A DNA stretch of 64,000 nt from Nitrospirota bacterium. GTDB lineage: Bacteria > Nitrospirota > UBA9217. The stretch is from the NCBI GenBank assembly GCA_963845065.1, contig CAWJQQ010000003.1, positions 224,001 to 288,000 on the forward strand, in the 5' to 3' direction. This document shows, in pieces, positions 60,494 through 64,000 of the stretch. The position numbers and the translations under genes are program-made. Numbering within the stretch: position 1 is the first letter of the stretch; every line of letters begins with the position of its first letter. Below the pieces are notes generated by a model that was not told where the DNA came from, made no database searches, and saw only the letters and a list, made by a program, of their open reading frames with translations.

Positions 60494-61127
60494 TCTCAAA
60501 GGGCTTTGCCTAATTCTTGATCAGGACATACTACGCTTAAGCCCCGAGGAGGCAATGTCCCGATCATGCATTGCAGGTGTCAGGTTTTTTCAGTACCGCA
60601 ACAAAACAGGATCAAAAAAATCAGTGTATGAAACATCATTAAGACTGGCCAAAATAGCCCACGAGATCAATGCGACGTTCATCGTAAATGACCACGCTGA
60701 CATCGCACTGGCTGTCGGTGCGGATGGTGTGCATCTGGGACAGGACGACCTTCCGATTGAGCAAGCTCGAAATCTTATTGGCACAAAAAAATTGATCGGC
60801 ATTTCGACGCACAGCGTTAAACAGGCGTTGGAAGCGGAACACCAGGGAGCGGATTATATCGGTTTTGGGCCCATTTTCCATACAACCACGAAAGATGCAG
60901 GAACTATTCAGGGGATTGCAGGCCTGGCAGTCATCAGAAAATCGGTTACAATACCGATCATAGCCATTGGTGGTATCAACCAGGAGACTGTCGCGGATGT
61001 TATCAGTGTCGGGGCAGACTGCGTGGCTATAATAGGCGCAATTCTCACTGCGGAAGATTTGACTGAAGCAGCAACTGCAATGATGAAAATAATAGATGAT
61101 GTTTCACTCTCAGGAGGGAAACGATGA
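60480..61127 (+). CDS. thiE: Thiamine-phosphate synthase; start uncertain (first ATG at 60555)
   Basis: [40 protein letters not shown]; in-frame GLCLILD upstream of the ATG. Confidence 0.92.
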   Translation: MGTHDLKGLCLILDQDILRLSPEEAMSRSCIAGVRFFQYRNKTGSKKSVYETSLRLAKIAHEINATFIVNDHADIALAVGADGVHLGQDDLPIEQARNLIGTKKLIGISTHSVKQALEAEHQGADYIGFGPIFHTTTKDAGTIQGIAGLAVIRKSVTIPIIAIGGINQETVADVISVGADCVAIIGAILTAEDLTEAATAMMKIIDDVSLSGGKR

Positions 61128-62218
61128 AAAAAGTTCTCTTTATAATCCTAATAGTGATACTTGCTGGATGTACCCATCAGGATGAGAACGTGATTAAAAT
61201 CGGTGCAGCAGGACCTATGACGGGAGATCAGAGCAAAATGGGGGTTGACCTCAGGAATGCCGTTGAACTCGCGGTAGATGAATGGAACATGCGAGGCGGC
61301 GTTCTGGGGAAAAAGATCGTCATGTTAGCTGGCGATGATCAGGCAGATCCCAAACAGGCTGTTTCTATGGCGAATAAGTTCATTAATCAAAAGGCCGTTG
61401 CCGTGGTTGGCCACTGGAATTCAAGTTGTTCTATTCCGGCGTCGAAATACTATAACGATGCAAATATAGTCATGATATCGCCGGCGACCACGAACCCACA
61501 GCTTACGCTTCAGGGTTTCAAAAAAGTTTTTCGTGTCTGCGGAACCGATGACCAGCAGGGCCGAGTTGCCGCAGAATTCCTTCTGACCAGGCTCCATCCC
61601 AAACGAGTGGCGATCATTCATGACAAAACTGCTTACGGCCAGGGACTGGCGGATTATTTTAAAAAGGCGCTGGGTGAGAAAGTACAGGTGGTCTATTTCG
61701 GCGGTATTGTTCAGCGAGATCCTGATTATAAGGCTGTGTTAACTACGATCGAAATGCACAAACCGGATGTGTATTTCTTCGGCGGTATCTATCCCGAAGC
61801 TGGAAGGCTCGTGCGTCAGGCAAAGGAGATCGGAATGACTATCCCGATGGTAACCGGCGACGGGGTCTTCGACCCCACTTTCATCAGTATTGCAGGTAAG
61901 GCCGCTGAGGGGACGTATGTCACCTTCGGGAAAGAACCGGCCGGACTTTCAACGGCAAAGTCCTTTATGGAAAAATACAAGGCCAAGTATGGGGACCCAG
62001 GACCTTATTCTATATACGCCTATGATGCGGCTAATATTATTCTATCGTCAATTGCAGAGACCAAATGCACTGACGGTGAAAAACTTGCCGATTACATTTC
62101 AAAGACTACCTTTCATGGGGCGTTCGGCGATATATCGTTCGATAAGAACGGTGATGTGACCAAGGCGCCTTATGTGATCTGGCAGGTAAAAGACGGAAAA
62201 TTTACAGAAGTAAAATGA
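61124..62218 (+). CDS. Branched-chain amino acid ABC transporter substrate-binding lipoprotein (LivJ/K-like)
   Basis: LAGC lipobox, GPMTG, DDQADP, GHWNS, DKTAYGQGLA, YAYDA. Confidence 0.92.
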   Translation: MKKVLFIILIVILAGCTHQDENVIKIGAAGPMTGDQSKMGVDLRNAVELAVDEWNMRGGVLGKKIVMLAGDDQADPKQAVSMANKFINQKAVAVVGHWNSSCSIPASKYYNDANIVMISPATTNPQLTLQGFKKVFRVCGTDDQQGRVAAEFLLTRLHPKRVAIIHDKTAYGQGLADYFKKALGEKVQVVYFGGIVQRDPDYKAVLTTIEMHKPDVYFFGGIYPEAGRLVRQAKEIGMTIPMVTGDGVFDPTFISIAGKAAEGTYVTFGKEPAGLSTAKSFMEKYKAKYGDPGPYSIYAYDAANIILSSIAETKCTDGEKLADYISKTTFHGAFGDISFDKNGDVTKAPYVIWQVKDGKFTEVK

Positions 62219-62339
62219 TCTACGGTTGCGGCTTTCGCTAATGTACGATTGCGAAATTAGTGAAGCAATTTGGTTGTTGTTTTATCAGGATGACGATTTT
62301 AACAGATGCTCTGAATACATCTGCATCATGGCTTAAATT

Positions 62340-63242
62340 ATGTTCACTCAACAACTCATAAATGGTCTGGCCCTCGGCTCAGTATATGCGCTTATCGCGC
62401 TCGGATATACCATGGTTTACGGCATTCTGCAGCTTATAAACTTCGCCCACGGTGAGGTCTATATGCTCGGCGCCTACCTTGGTATTATCGTGCTAGGTAT
62501 ATTGACCCATGTGGGGCTGACGGCCTACAGTCTCCCCCTTTCGCTTCTGGCCACCTTTCTCATAGCAATGGCATTTTGCGCGGCTTACGGAGCCATGATC
62601 GAGCGCGTGGCATACCGTCCTATCAGAAACGCCTCAAAGCTAGCACCTCTTATCAGCGCGGTAGGCACGTCGATTTTTCTCCAGAATTTCGTCATGCTCA
62701 GCCAGGGCAAGGAATACAAGAACCTTCCACCCATACTACCTGCGGCTGGTTTTTCCTTACTTGGGGCCAATGTATCTCCTGCGCAGATATTCATTCTGAT
62801 TGCCTCCGTTATCATCATGGCCGGACTTCAACTTTTCGTCTCGAAAACAAGATTAGGGAAAGCTATGCGCGCGACGTCCCAGGACCGTGTTATGGCAGGC
62901 CTTGTTGGTATCAATATTAATCAGGTAATATCTATCACCTTTATGATCGGTTCAGCTCTTGCAGCCGTGGCTGGCGTCATGGTGACGCTTTATTACGGAG
63001 TTGTACACTTTTTCATGGGATACCTGGCCGGCATTAAAGCATTTACTGCAGCTGTGCTTGGCGGGATTGGCAGCATACCCGGCGCGATGCTTGGTGGATT
63101 CATGCTCGGGCTGATTGAAAACTTTGGAGCGAGTTACATCTCGAGCGTTTATAAAGATGCCTTTGCCTTTCTCGTACTGATCATTGTGCTCATTATCCGT
63201 CCTGCCGGTTTACTGGGGCAAAAGTCCGTCGATAAAGTTTGA
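62340..63242 (+). CDS. livH: Branched-chain amino acid ABC transporter permease
   Basis: QQLINGL..GSVYALIALGYTMVYGIL..INFAHGE, KAFTAAVLGGIG. Confidence 0.93.
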   Translation: MFTQQLINGLALGSVYALIALGYTMVYGILQLINFAHGEVYMLGAYLGIIVLGILTHVGLTAYSLPLSLLATFLIAMAFCAAYGAMIERVAYRPIRNASKLAPLISAVGTSIFLQNFVMLSQGKEYKNLPPILPAAGFSLLGANVSPAQIFILIASVIIMAGLQLFVSKTRLGKAMRATSQDRVMAGLVGININQVISITFMIGSALAAVAGVMVTLYYGVVHFFMGYLAGIKAFTAAVLGGIGSIPGAMLGGFMLGLIENFGASYISSVYKDAFAFLVLIIVLIIRPAGLLGQKSVDKV

Positions 63243-63250
63243 TTTTTCGG

Positions 63251-64000
63251 CAGCGTTGTCCGGTTAGCAAATTGCATTCAAAGGAGACAATAAAAAAGCA
63301 TAACATTCTAATGTTCGGTCGCTATTAACTTGACATTTAGAAAAACGTGCACAGAAAAAATTTTCGTAAATACCTTTAACTGCAAGGAGTTACGAAAATG
63401 CCCTATGTGCTCGATCCGAAGAACAAATCAGGCAAACGACCATCATTCAGCCTTCTGCTTCAACCGCTGGAAGCGCCGTTAAGCGACATCACGCTACTTA
63501 AGGCACGAGGAAACAGGCCGCTACAAATGGAATTTGAAGATCAGCTTCATGCGCTCATTTACTTTCACCTTGAGGAACACACTTCAGGTCGTCACCTGTT
63601 GCAAGTCCTCAAGGAAGATGATTTTGCCCGACAGACGATTGCGCCGAAATCCGGTATTAATAAAAGCAGTTTTTTCGAGGCCATTAATTCAAGAGGCCTT
63701 GATCAACTTATGGAATTATATTTGGCACTCCAAGCCAAAGCCACCAAGCTGCTTCCGACTGAATACGGCAATCTCGGCGACCTTATCGCCGTTGATGGAT
63801 CTTTGATAGATGCAGTCCTTTCCATGCACTGGGCCGATTATCGGGGCGGCTCAAAAAAAGCCAAGACGCATATAGGCTTCGATATCAATCGTGGTATTCC
63901 GACGAAGATATTTTTGACCCACGGCAAAGGAGATGAACGCCCTTTTGTAAGCCAGATTATTTCTCCGGGTCAGACCAGTGTTCTGGATCGTTACTATCAG
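63251..64000 (+). mobile_element. IS4-family element running off the window; transposase from ATG 63398 (absent from the ORF track because no stop is reached)
   Basis: Terminus-like CAGCGTTGTCCGGTTAG at 63251; AAGGAG SD; open frame MPYVLDP...IAVDGSLIDA...WADY...GKGDERPF...VLDRYYQ with DDE-type motifs. Confidence 0.85.

Overview
About 64 kb of a bacterial chromosome. The gene content (futalosine menaquinone pathway, Geobacter-like pilA plus ABC locus, MglC-aroQ-pepP-efp-accBC block) suggests an anaerobic Nitrospirota or deltaproteobacteria-like organism; this is inference. Most of the window is housekeeping: manC/manB, bioB-bioF-bioD, miaB/mtaB, mqnC/mqnE, PBP1A, cobO-phoH-HD-ybeY-dgkA, accA, rib operon-nusB, purB/purF, tRNA-Phe, 2-oxoacid oxidoreductase beta/gamma, accBC, thiE and liv genes. 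Mobile DNA includes two IS4-family elements, an IS607 tnpA-tnpB element apparently nested in a small insertion between bioF and bioD, a truncated IS1182, MITE-like repeats and a DUF4338-type transposase remnant. The best candidate for an undescribed system is a possible non-canonical cyclic-dinucleotide circuit. A membrane HAMP-GGDEF enzyme has Ser at the guanine-specifying Asp position (the Hypr, 3',3'-cGAMP synthase signature) and is coupled to a TPR/coiled-coil lipoprotein. About 10 kb away, four paralogous pseudo-receiver-PilZ proteins all keep RxxxR but lack the guanine-reading D/N of DxSxxG. An aromatic-rich pilin under a sigma-54 promoter lies nearby. The link between these parts is hypothesis only. 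Several frameshifts (miaB, amidohydrolase, pilin) may be assembly errors. No CRISPR array or rRNA was seen.
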